Virus record (IMG/VR): IMGVR_UViG_3300045988_174111
Location: 1-64,000 of that record
Direction: 5' to 3' (one strand)
Origin: a virus
Length of the DNA stretch: 64,000 nt
The position numbers and the translations under genes were made by a program. Of the stretch, positions 32,124 through 40,366 are shown piece after piece. Position 1 is the first letter of the stretch, and the number at the start of each line of letters is the position of its first letter. The notes below the pieces were generated by a model, which saw only the letters and a list, made by a program, of their open reading frames with translations, was not told the origin of the DNA and ran no database searches.

Positions 32124-34853
32124 CTATTTCTTTAAATGTTTTTGTAAAAATTTTCTTGCCAACAGCTCGTTTTCATTCAGCCCTTTATTCACGACCCCCG
32201 TAATAAGGCTTTTATCTTTAACGGTTTCCCTCATTTCTACATCTATTGTGTCGGGTGATAATAGGTAGGTGATATTTATACTATTCTTTTGCCCCATTCG
32301 TTCAAGACGACTGTTCGTTTGTTCCAAGTCCGTTGATTTGTCAGGCAACTCAATATAGAAGAGATTACTACAATTCTCCTGAAGACCGTCCGTACCTGTA
32401 CCAGCCGACTGAATGTTAGCGAAGAGCAAGCGATGTTTCTTCTCAGAAAACTCATTCACGATTTGTTGCTTCTTCTCTGATGAAACTCCACCCTGTATTA
32501 CAGGTGCTTTAAAGAACTTCGCCAGCTCCTGAAGCGGTTCACGGTGTACACCAAAGACCACCAACTGTTCGTCTTCATTCGCCTCTAACCAATCCTTGAT
32601 GTATGATTGTATGAACGGCAACTTCCCTTTCACCGACAGAGATTTCAGCGTATTAATCATCACAAGGTGTGGCGCGTTGACAGCATTGTTTGCTTTCTCA
32701 ATATCGATTTTTTCAAGATATGCTAATAAATCCGACTCGGCTCGCCTGTATTCTTTTAGATTCGTTATAGGGACATCAACTGTTTGCTCAACCAATGGTG
32801 GTAGCTCCTCAAGAACATCTCTTTTATTCCGTCGTATATAGCCACCCATCCGTAACAATTCATGAAGCTCCTCAAGGTTACTGAATCCGCTGTCGTCAAA
32901 TCCATAAACAGTTTGTTTTCCGTTGCAATATCTGAACTTGAATTCCAACGTATCACCAAAAATATCATCGAATCTTCTAATTATCTTGAAAGGCTGTATC
33001 AAGTCGGCTGGCTTATTCTGTGTCAGTGTACCTGTCAACCCCCACACATGCTGAATTCTCTTGGTTATCTTTTTAGCCATCTTTGTTCTCAAAGCCTTTT
33101 CAGACTTTAAGAAGTGTATTTCATCCAACGCACAAGACCCCCAATATTTCTTGAGTAGCTCCTTGAATTTTGCTGTGGGTTTTTCCATGTTACGTTCCCC
33201 GAGCACATCATAATTGATAACCACAACATCATTATTCCACACAGTTGGGTCAAACTTTCGCTTTCTTTCAATAACGCCTACTTTTCGGTCAGGCATCCAT
33301 TTTGCCCATTCCTTTTTCCAGTTATATTTCACAGATGCTGGGGTAACTATAAGAGCTGGAAACGCTGCCAATAATTCAATAAGAATAATTGTCTGGGCAG
33401 TATTATGAGTCACACAAAAATCATCACACAAATAAAGACCATCTTCATTCGACACCCTAATACACTGCATTTCTGCAAATCCCACAGGCTTAATTTCTAT
33501 AATTTTTCTCGTTGGAATATATTTTCGGGAAAAATTCAATCTATCGATTTTACGTTTCAGTTTAAATGGAATTATTTCTGGGGGGGGCATTATACTCAAC
33601 CTCCAAGAACGTTTGCATTCAATTATTTTCCCGTTCCTTTTGTATTTTCCAATCCGAACCCTTTCCCTACAAATTCCACCAAAACTTAAAACAAGCTGCT
33701 TGACATCTTCTTTTAATTGTTCTGAAGTCGAACTATAATTAATATGGCCACCCTTAGACACATAACCATCTGTATCCATTAACCCTCTAAGAATTTCAAG
33801 CCTTATTTCAGGAGTATTATACAAATAATCTTTTGGAATAAATTTATCATGAGAATGCGTTCCTAGCAGCCCATATTGCTTTAGCAGAAATTTCATAATG
33901 CTTCTTGAATTTTTGTTTTCAAGAACATTATCAATGTTTCCAATATGATAAGTAATATCATCGCTTGGCCTTTTATATATCATAGTTCCTTTTGGGAGAA
34001 TTAAATACTCAATAATTTCGTCGTCAATAGTTGTAAGCCCAACCCCATCAGAAATCCCCCCATCTCCTAATAAGCACCCTAATAAATAAGGGGAAATCGA
34101 AACATTTCTTTTAGAGTATTGGATTATACTTGTCATTGGAATTCGCCACCGATAAGATTTCTGACAAGAAGATAGATAAATATTTTCATTCATAATTTCC
34201 TTTAAAGAAAGTGTTTTAAAACCCTTTCCTCTTTTTACCCAATTATCCGTGGATACGTTCCATAAATGTTCTTCGCAACATCGAGTAAATGTTCCGTCTG
34301 AAAACTTAATTTGATACATCAATTTCCTACCTTGGGGGAATACTCCAATAACCTTTTGACTCTTTCCAGAAGGGCTTAAAATTTCATCACCGACCTTAAT
34401 ATCCCCCATGAATATAAACCCATCAGGCGTCAATATCTTTGTATCAAGAGGTTGCGCTTTTCCTAGCCCACAATCATCCCCATTGATACAGTTTCCATGA
34501 TTAATCATATAGGCAACCCCCTCGCACTGATAGGGACGAGGAATTCGCTTCATTCCTATCTCCTTACAGGCTTGCTCAACTTCATCGGCTGTTATCACCT
34601 CTTCGGGTTCCTCATAATCAATCACACGACGAGAGGGAACGTAGTTCATTCCCTCTTTGAATCCGTTCTCCTCAAGCCACTTCTTCAACGGATTCACCGT
34701 GACAAGGGAAAACGGTATGTACCACTCTTTATTTTGAGGATTCCAGCCTGCCCCAGCGAACTTCTTTACCGAAGTCACCAACGCAGGGTCGTAGGAAAAG
34801 CCAATGTACCACCAATCATGGTCTCTATACCAATATCTCATTTTCAAATTCAT
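32124..34853 (-). CDS. SNF2-family (SF2) helicase/translocase, intein-containing
   Basis: RPYQCEGV. The extein restores motif I DDCGLGK-TAQTI. Also DEIHFLK (DExH) and a helicase C-terminal domain (QSAGTGTDGLQ). Confidence 0.85.
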   Translation of the reverse strand: MNLKMRYWYRDHDWWYIGFSYDPALVTSVKKFAGAGWNPQNKEWYIPFSLVTVNPLKKWLEENGFKEGMNYVPSRRVIDYEEPEEVITADEVEQACKEIGMKRIPRPYQCEGVAYMINHGNCINGDDCGLGKAQPLDTKILTPDGFIFMGDIKVGDEILSPSGKSQKVIGVFPQGRKLMYQIKFSDGTFTRCCEEHLWNVSTDNWVKRGKGFKTLSLKEIMNENIYLSSCQKSYRWRIPMTSIIQYSKRNVSISPYLLGCLLGDGGISDGVGLTTIDDEIIEYLILPKGTMIYKRPSDDITYHIGNIDNVLENKNSRSIMKFLLKQYGLLGTHSHDKFIPKDYLYNTPEIRLEILRGLMDTDGYVSKGGHINYSSTSEQLKEDVKQLVLSFGGICRERVRIGKYKRNGKIIECKRSWRLSIMPPPEIIPFKLKRKIDRLNFSRKYIPTRKIIEIKPVGFAEMQCIRVSNEDGLYLCDDFCVTHNTAQTIILIELLAAFPALIVTPASVKYNWKKEWAKWMPDRKVGVIERKRKFDPTVWNNDVVVINYDVLGERNMEKPTAKFKELLKKYWGSCALDEIHFLKSEKALRTKMAKKITKRIQHVWGLTGTLTQNKPADLIQPFKIIRRFDDIFGDTLEFKFRYCNGKQTVYGFDDSGFSNLEELHELLRMGGYIRRNKRDVLEELPPLVEQTVDVPITNLKEYRRAESDLLAYLEKIDIEKANNAVNAPHLVMINTLKSLSVKGKLPFIQSYIKDWLEANEDEQLVVFGVHREPLQELAKFFKAPVIQGGVSSEKKQQIVNEFSEKKHRLLFANIQSAGTGTDGLQENCSNLFYIELPDKSTDLEQTNSRLERMGQKNSINITYLLSPDTIDVEMRETVKDKSLITGVVNKGLNENELLARKFLQKHLKK
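33402..34457 (-). mobile_element. Class 3-type intein (352 aa) with LAGLIDADG endonuclease, in SNF2 motif I
   Basis: Begins with Ala (AQPLDTKILTPDG) instead of Cys/Ser. Block B EEHLW (Trp), block F MQCIRV (Cys at the usual Asp position), and it ends VTHN followed by +1 Thr. LAGLIDADG blocks LLGCLLGDGG and ILRGLMDTDGY. Confidence 0.8.
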
Positions 34854-36765
34854 CTTTGGTAATTATTTTTATCCCCTTTTCCTTAGCTTTTTTCATCTTA
34901 GAGGAAGTGCTGTTGATATCTTTTACAATGAGTAAATTGCATTCTTTAGTGACACCGCTCAACACTTCATGCCCGTTCTCAATAAATTTATTTTCTAGTT
35001 CTTTGTCACGAAATCCTGTCATGCAAACAAATAACTTGTTTTTCGCAGAAGTTTTCTTTTCGGGGGTTTTCACGTAGGAAATCTTCGCTTCAAAATCATT
35101 GTGAAATTTTGCCAAACCGTCAATGAACGCTTTTGCAGTAACTTCACCCACCCCATATATCTGAACTAATTTCTTAACAGTAAGATTCTCAGCTGCCGAT
35201 TCATATAAATTCCTCTTGATTTTATCTTCCGTTTGTGAATCTAAATTATCAAGAATTAATTGACAAGTTTTTTCAGCAAGCTTTCCTTCAAAAACATTGT
35301 ACGCAGTCATGAGCCTTGCCAATGGAAGCCCTTCAGTGACAACTCTTTGAATTTCATTGTACACTTTAGAACCTTTCACATTTCCAAGATAATGCTGATA
35401 ATTTTCTTCCCAAGTTCTCACGTAATTAAAAACGCAAGACCACCCTGCATCGTACAGAGTTCTAATAGTCGGCTCTTCAAACCCCTCACAGCCAACTGTC
35501 TTGAAGAAATATACAAGATTGGAAATCTGTCTTTCCTTACAAATCAAATTCGGGCAAAACAAATTAACATGATTTTCATCCCATTTCATTGGGACCCCAC
35601 AAGACGGACAGAAAATCATATCATCCATCATTTGTTCGTATTCACCTTCATCGTAGCTAATTGTATCTAAATGCTTAGGAATGACATCTCCGGAACGGGT
35701 TATCTCTATCAATGCCCCTTTACAGATGTGATTATCTACTAAGTATGCCGCATTGTACGCTGTTGCTCTTGATACTGTTGCACCGTCCATTTCAACTGGC
35801 TCTATTAAAATAACAGGATTCAACGCCCCTGTCTTCCCTATGCCATATTCTATCCCCAAAACCTTGGTCTGGTACGTATCAACCCACTCCGGCCTCTTAT
35901 ACGCTATTGAATAGGCTGGGTTTCCGTTAGGAAGCCTTCCAAGACGATTTCTAACATCAAATTCATTTACTTCAATAACAATTCCATCAATCTTGTATTC
36001 ACCATTCAATTCTGGATATACCTCTTCATTGAACAGGGTTTCAATTTCTTCATTACTCAATTCCAACAATTCTGTAATAGGGAATAAAAAGTAATTTGCT
36101 TTATTTCCGCAAAGAGTGTCTAATTGAGTGTCCTTATTAAGCTTATCTTCAACACTCGTTCCGTACTGAACGAAATCAACCTTATTAATATAAATATTCT
36201 TATGTCCTTCCGGAGAATTGAATATCCCAGCAACCATGTTGCGAGCATTTTTATATGAAAAATCTTTCACGGATTCTTTAAGTTCCTGAAAGTTTTTCTT
36301 AGACATAATGGCTTCGCCCCATACGTATTCAAATCCAACAGAAAATTTTGGTTCCATTTTTTTAAAGTGAATGTCACTTCTTTGCCCTTCGTACCCGTCG
36401 CCACGTGTCCACACTTTACTGCCTTTGCTTACGAGCAAACTTATTCCGTCAAATTTAGGGGTAACGATAATTTCTTTGCAACCGCTTACTGCCATTTTTT
36501 CAAGCCATTTACGCAAATCTTTGACGACCTTAACTTTTTCCAAACTGAACATGGGCATAGGAAGCTTCTCCATTCTATCAGTGGCTTCTTCAACCACGCC
36601 CTTCTTAAAGAATTCATCATCGGGACTAAGCTTCCGCAGACTTTCTTCCATACTGTCATACTCTGAATCTGACACCTGAGGATTCCCCTCACGATAAGCC
36701 TTATTCAGTTCTTTCAGTTTTCTTCTGAGTTCATTGATTTTTTTAAGATTTGTTGCTTTTTTCAT
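34825..36765 (-). CDS. ligA: NAD-dependent DNA ligase
   Basis: Adenylation motif TPKFDGISL (KxDG). Zn finger CPSCG...CPNLIC. HhH region. C-terminal BRCT (LFVCMTGFRD...LLIVKD). Confidence 0.9.
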   Translation of the reverse strand: MKKATNLKKINELRRKLKELNKAYREGNPQVSDSEYDSMEESLRKLSPDDEFFKKGVVEEATDRMEKLPMPMFSLEKVKVVKDLRKWLEKMAVSGCKEIIVTPKFDGISLLVSKGSKVWTRGDGYEGQRSDIHFKKMEPKFSVGFEYVWGEAIMSKKNFQELKESVKDFSYKNARNMVAGIFNSPEGHKNIYINKVDFVQYGTSVEDKLNKDTQLDTLCGNKANYFLFPITELLELSNEEIETLFNEEVYPELNGEYKIDGIVIEVNEFDVRNRLGRLPNGNPAYSIAYKRPEWVDTYQTKVLGIEYGIGKTGALNPVILIEPVEMDGATVSRATAYNAAYLVDNHICKGALIEITRSGDVIPKHLDTISYDEGEYEQMMDDMIFCPSCGVPMKWDENHVNLFCPNLICKERQISNLVYFFKTVGCEGFEEPTIRTLYDAGWSCVFNYVRTWEENYQHYLGNVKGSKVYNEIQRVVTEGLPLARLMTAYNVFEGKLAEKTCQLILDNLDSQTEDKIKRNLYESAAENLTVKKLVQIYGVGEVTAKAFIDGLAKFHNDFEAKISYVKTPEKKTSAKNKLFVCMTGFRDKELENKFIENGHEVLSGVTKECNLLIVKDINSTSSKMKKAKEKGIKIITKDEFENEILV

Positions 36766-36776
36766 GATAAATTATT

Positions 36777-37019
36777 TTAGTTTTGTTCTTTCTTGCAATT
36801 AGTAATTACTGTCACAATTTTTCTACCAGTTTTAAATGTATGGACACTGTATAACAGGTTTTCTTCTTCTTCGTCCCATACCCAATACATAGATGATTGA
36901 TTGTTGTACTTCATCAAGTTTTTGCCTTGAGTTCTAGCCATACGAGCAGCCTCTCTTGCTGAAGTTGTTTCTACTGTATAAGTATCACCACCATTGAATT
37001 GAATATTGAACCGTTTCAT
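36777..37019 (-). CDS. Hypothetical protein
   Basis: 80-aa ORF 24 nt downstream of a consensus promoter. Confidence 0.55.
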   Translation of the reverse strand: MKRFNIQFNGGDTYTVETTSAREAARMARTQGKNLMKYNNQSSMYWVWDEEEENLLYSVHTFKTGRKIVTVITNCKKEQN

Positions 37020-37042
37020 AACCCTTGATTTTTATTACACCA

Positions 37043-37073
37043 CAAAAATAGTGGAATCTAATGATATTCCAAA
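37043..37073 (-). promoter_or_regulatory. Bacteroidota-type promoter (TTTG-N19-TATTTTTG)
   Basis: -7 at 37043-37050, -33 at 37070-37073. Confidence 0.7.
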
Positions 37074-37091
37074 GAGTTTCCCTGAAATTCT

Positions 37092-37322
37092 TCAATATTT
37101 TTCAAATTCTTCCGCGGTAAGGGTTAAACAGCCCACCCACGCATTGGTTTCACTTGCTGTATATGCTTCCATGCGTTCTATAATTTTACCACCTTTAGAC
37201 TTCACCCGTAACTTTGGATACTTCGTGAAGTCATAAGCAACTTCCTCAACTTCATCTACAAGAAATAGAGGCTGGTCTGTTTGTAATGCTTTATAAACTT
37301 CTTCCCTTGATAATCTTTTCAT
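37092..37322 (-). CDS. Hypothetical protein, third gene of the SAH/SAS operon
   Basis: 76-aa ORF with ATGA overlap with the upstream gene. Confidence 0.55.
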   Translation of the reverse strand: MKRLSREEVYKALQTDQPLFLVDEVEEVAYDFTKYPKLRVKSKGGKIIERMEAYTASETNAWVGCLTLTAEEFEKY

Positions 37323-38017
37323 AACTTAATATTTCTTATTTCCTTGTAATACTTTTCACTTTCCTCGATAAGAACTATTGCCTCACCACTTGTTTTTGGC
37401 AACACACGTATTCTTTCGTAAATTTCATGTCCGCGTCCAGGAGCTACTCCTGACCTCCTACATTTTTCAAACAGTTCTTCTCCCAACAAAGTTTTCGAAA
37501 TTTCGGGTTTTTCCTTTCCAAAAATCATTTGAGGGGTGTTCACCTGTATTTCACCAATAAGGCCATTGCTGAACTCTATATTCAAAATATGACCCGAATA
37601 TCCCGCAAAATTTTCAGGCGTTTGAACCTTATGTCTGACAACCTTGAATTCACCCTTTAACTCAAAAAGAATTTCATCCAATTTAGAAGCCTCTACGATA
37701 AAAGTGTTTCGAATTAAATCCTTTAGCTTTGAAACAGAAGTTCCTTCCAATGCAACCTTTCGTTGAACACTGTCAACCGATTTAAGATTAACAGGTGTTA
37801 CCCGTATTCCAAACCTATTTGCAAAATCATAGGAATTTTTCTGAAAATTGGTTATATTCGGAATCACTTTTGACTTGAAATAATTCTTAATCTCAGTAAC
37901 TTCATCAACTTTTTGAACCCCGTATCTTTGCCCAACACGGTGTTTACGACGGTTTTCAGGCGTGTCTTTATACACGCCTGAACGAGACTTCAAAATTTGT
38001 AATTCAATTAAGTTCAT
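37319..38017 (-). CDS. RelA/SpoT-family nucleotide pyrophosphokinase-like protein (small alarmone synthetase-like; possible toxSAS)
   Basis: Synthetase-domain motifs by eye: NLKSVDSVQRK (RxKxxxSxxxK-like), KDLIRNTFIV, AGYSGHILNIEF (GYxxxH), GEIQVNTPQM (EIQIRT-like), HEIYER. Confidence 0.55.
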   Translation of the reverse strand: MNLIELQILKSRSGVYKDTPENRRKHRVGQRYGVQKVDEVTEIKNYFKSKVIPNITNFQKNSYDFANRFGIRVTPVNLKSVDSVQRKVALEGTSVSKLKDLIRNTFIVEASKLDEILFELKGEFKVVRHKVQTPENFAGYSGHILNIEFSNGLIGEIQVNTPQMIFGKEKPEISKTLLGEELFEKCRRSGVAPGRGHEIYERIRVLPKTSGEAIVLIEESEKYYKEIRNIKL

Positions 38018-38426
38018 AGTTTAAAATTGAAAGCGCATTAGAGTATTTCTCAAGATTATACACTTTTCCTCTATTTGGGTCAGTATTGTCAGCAATATCA
38101 TACTTCTTAACATTAATTGCCAAACAGTTTTTACTATCCCTAATTTTTCTAACATAATCAAAATAAGGAACGCTTTTATCATGATTTAATAACTCCAATG
38201 CTTGAATGATACATTCATTATTTGTCACTTCCCGTTTTATATCCTCAACAGTATAATGAGTATCCTCAAGAACATCATGTAGCAACGCAACCACCTTTTC
38301 ATCATCTGTTGATGCTCTGTAAGACACTCTAACAGGGTGGAGGAAATACTGTACACCGCTCTTGTCAACTTGCCCCTCATGGGCTTTTTGAGCGAACTGT
38401 AATGCTTTATAAACTTCTTTTTTCAT
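38004..38426 (-). CDS. HD-domain small alarmone hydrolase (SpoT/Mesh1-like)
   Basis: ALQFAQKAHEGQVDKSGVQYFLHPVRV...VVALLHDVLEDT is the classic HD_4 (p)ppGpp-hydrolase signature. Confidence 0.75.
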   Translation of the reverse strand: MKKEVYKALQFAQKAHEGQVDKSGVQYFLHPVRVSYRASTDDEKVVALLHDVLEDTHYTVEDIKREVTNNECIIQALELLNHDKSVPYFDYVRKIRDSKNCLAINVKKYDIADNTDPNRGKVYNLEKYSNALSILNYELN

Positions 38427-38448
38427 ACACTTGTTTTATTTGACGCTA

Positions 38449-38479
38449 CAAATGTAGTCAAAGAAATTAGAAGAACAAA
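38449..38479 (-). promoter_or_regulatory. Bacteroidota-type promoter (TTTG-N19-TACATTTG)
   Basis: -7 at 38449-38456, -33 at 38476-38479, 23 nt upstream of the SAH ATG. Confidence 0.7.
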
Positions 38480-38489
38480 GAAATTTCAT

Positions 38490-38516
38490 GAATATTCGGC
38501 GGGATTCCGAATATTC
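38490..38516 (-). terminator. Hairpin terminator after 38528..39142
   Basis: GAATATTCGG (38490-38499) pairs with CCGAATATTC (38507-38516). Confidence 0.6.
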
Positions 38517-38527
38517 CTTTAAAATTT

Positions 38528-39142
38528 TTACTCTTCCATCATGTTATGGTATAGGTCAAGGCGAATTTTCGCATAAGCTGCTTCGACATTTGTAAATGCC
38601 CTTTGATTGTTTGCACCCTGTTCATTGTATATTTCGGATTCAATAACTTTTGCAACCTGCTCAACCCATTTTGGATTTGTATAAGAAGACAATTTTTTGC
38701 CATGGTAGGAAAAACAGTCGAATTTTGAATTTCGGTCTTCATGAAGATTTGTTAAAAGCTGCCGGATTTTCTTTGCTGTGGCTTCTTTGTCCGAAATATG
38801 ATTCTCTTCCCGAACCTTCTTAATTATCCGGCAAACCCTTTCAATTGCAAGGTCGAAAGCCATATTAGTAACAGTTTTAATTCGTAGCTGCGTTTCCGGA
38901 ACTAGGCTCTCGGATATAGCACTAAGCTGGATATTTTGATTCCTCGTTTCTGTCAGTAGTTCCTTGAAAGTTTCTCGCTGGGAATTCATGGTGTCGTTTA
39001 TCACCTTCATGAACCAACGAAAAAACGTTACCCACATCAATGCGGACAAAACTAAGAAAAATCCGGCTGTAATAGCCAACATACCAAAGTCTCCAATACT
39101 CTTACCAGTTTCCAGAGCTGGATTGATTACATCTGTATTCAT
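38528..39142 (-). CDS. Membrane-anchored hypothetical protein
   Basis: N-terminal transmembrane helix FGMLAITAGFFLVLSALMWVTFF. Confidence 0.6.
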   Translation of the reverse strand: MNTDVINPALETGKSIGDFGMLAITAGFFLVLSALMWVTFFRWFMKVINDTMNSQRETFKELLTETRNQNIQLSAISESLVPETQLRIKTVTNMAFDLAIERVCRIIKKVREENHISDKEATAKKIRQLLTNLHEDRNSKFDCFSYHGKKLSSYTNPKWVEQVAKVIESEIYNEQGANNQRAFTNVEAAYAKIRLDLYHNMMEE

Positions 39143-39174
39143 CTTTATAAAATTGTTAAAAGTTTATTATTATA

Positions 39175-39182
39175 CAAAGATA
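39175..39182 (-). promoter_or_regulatory. -7 box TATCTTTG (no clear -33)
   Basis: Exact TAnnTTTG 33 nt upstream of the ATG at 39142. Confidence 0.4.
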
Positions 39183-39201
39183 ATAAATAAAATTGAAACT
39201 T

Positions 39202-39534
39202 TTAACCTTTATTCAAATCAACTTTTGTTATCCAGATATAATTATCCGTTCCAAACTTGAAATTTTCCTTATGAACAGACTGAGTTCTTTCTAAGAGCCT
39301 CTGTTCCGTCATTCCGGCTGCAAAATTGTGACCTACATTTGAAACCAAAAATGTAATTTCCTGAGCGTCCTGAACTTCATTGTAGCGGCATTCTCGAGTT
39401 TTTAGCCTCACTGATGGAGCCAAATAAGCTTTGAATTCCCCCATAACTTCAAGAATCAAAATATTACAGTTACAATTCATCACAAGCCCCCGACATGCGT
39501 CAAGGAATTCTTTTTTAGAAAGATTATTTTCCAT
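39202..39534 (-). CDS. Hypothetical protein
   Basis: 110-aa ORF. Confidence 0.55.
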   Translation of the reverse strand: MENNLSKKEFLDACRGLVMNCNCNILILEVMGEFKAYLAPSVRLKTRECRYNEVQDAQEITFLVSNVGHNFAAGMTEQRLLERTQSVHKENFKFGTDNYIWITKVDLNKG

Positions 39535-39871
39535 ACCCTATTAATTTTTCAATTGCATTTCTTTTTCTTTGTTCTTTTTCGTCCGCAGAACCCCGTTTCA
39601 TATCCTTGTCAAAACGTTTTCTAAGAATTTCTTTTTTCTTATCATCCGGAAGTCCTTTAAATGTACTGACAGAAAATTCTGGAATCAAATTCTCAACTTC
39701 GACAAATTCCATAAGCCTTCCACATACAGGGCACACCCTTTCACTTTCATGAACCATTGTAGGAACAACCTTTTTCAATTTCTTGTCGTACTTCATTGTA
39801 AATTTCCCTGGAGGAATTTCTCTTCCCCTACTGGGGCAATCCGCCCCAGTACATTTCAACATATATATCAT
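39524..39871 (-). CDS. Zinc-ribbon protein (putative)
   Basis: CTGADC...CPVCG gives two CxxC-type pairs. Confidence 0.5.
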   Translation of the reverse strand: MIYMLKCTGADCPSRGREIPPGKFTMKYDKKLKKVVPTMVHESERVCPVCGRLMEFVEVENLIPEFSVSTFKGLPDDKKKEILRKRFDKDMKRGSADEKEQRKRNAIEKLIGYGK

Positions 39872-40365
39872 AGATAATGCCTCCTTCCATATTCAGCGAT
39901 TAATAAACTGTCAGTCAAGTTGTCATCGGCTTTCGTGCAGTTCTCCGTCCGACGTAAATCCTGTCGGGGGAACAACCGCTTCGCTGCAAGCACTGACATC
40001 ACTTTCTTGTCGGGGTTCGGCTTGATGCCCTCGTACATTTCTTTTTGCCACTTCTTAGGAGTCACCAGAACAATTCTCAAACCACACATGATGAACCCCA
40101 TGCGGAGCGCATAACATACTCCCCCGAAAGTGAACGTAGCACCCGCAGCGGAACGTGGTAGAGCGTGAACATCCTCTATCACGACAACCGTGTTATTGAT
40201 GTCACACTCCTCCGATATCTGAATAATCAATTCTGACAGTTCATGCAGGTCAAGTTCCTTCCCTACCTTTGGCATCGGATAGTGCTTGATACCTGTACTT
40301 TTCATCACCGTGATGAACCCCTGTTTTCCTGGGTCTACTCCGATAACTGTTTGCTTCTTTTCCAT
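39868..40365 (-). CDS. ruvC: RuvC-like Holliday-junction resolvase
   Basis: VIGVDPGKQG, VVVIEDV, DNLTDSLLIAEY. These are the RNase H-fold acidic residues in the phage RuvC pattern. Confidence 0.75.
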   Translation of the reverse strand: MEKKQTVIGVDPGKQGFITVMKSTGIKHYPMPKVGKELDLHELSELIIQISEECDINNTVVVIEDVHALPRSAAGATFTFGGVCYALRMGFIMCGLRIVLVTPKKWQKEMYEGIKPNPDKKVMSVLAAKRLFPRQDLRRTENCTKADDNLTDSLLIAEYGRRHYL

Positions 40366-40366
40366 A

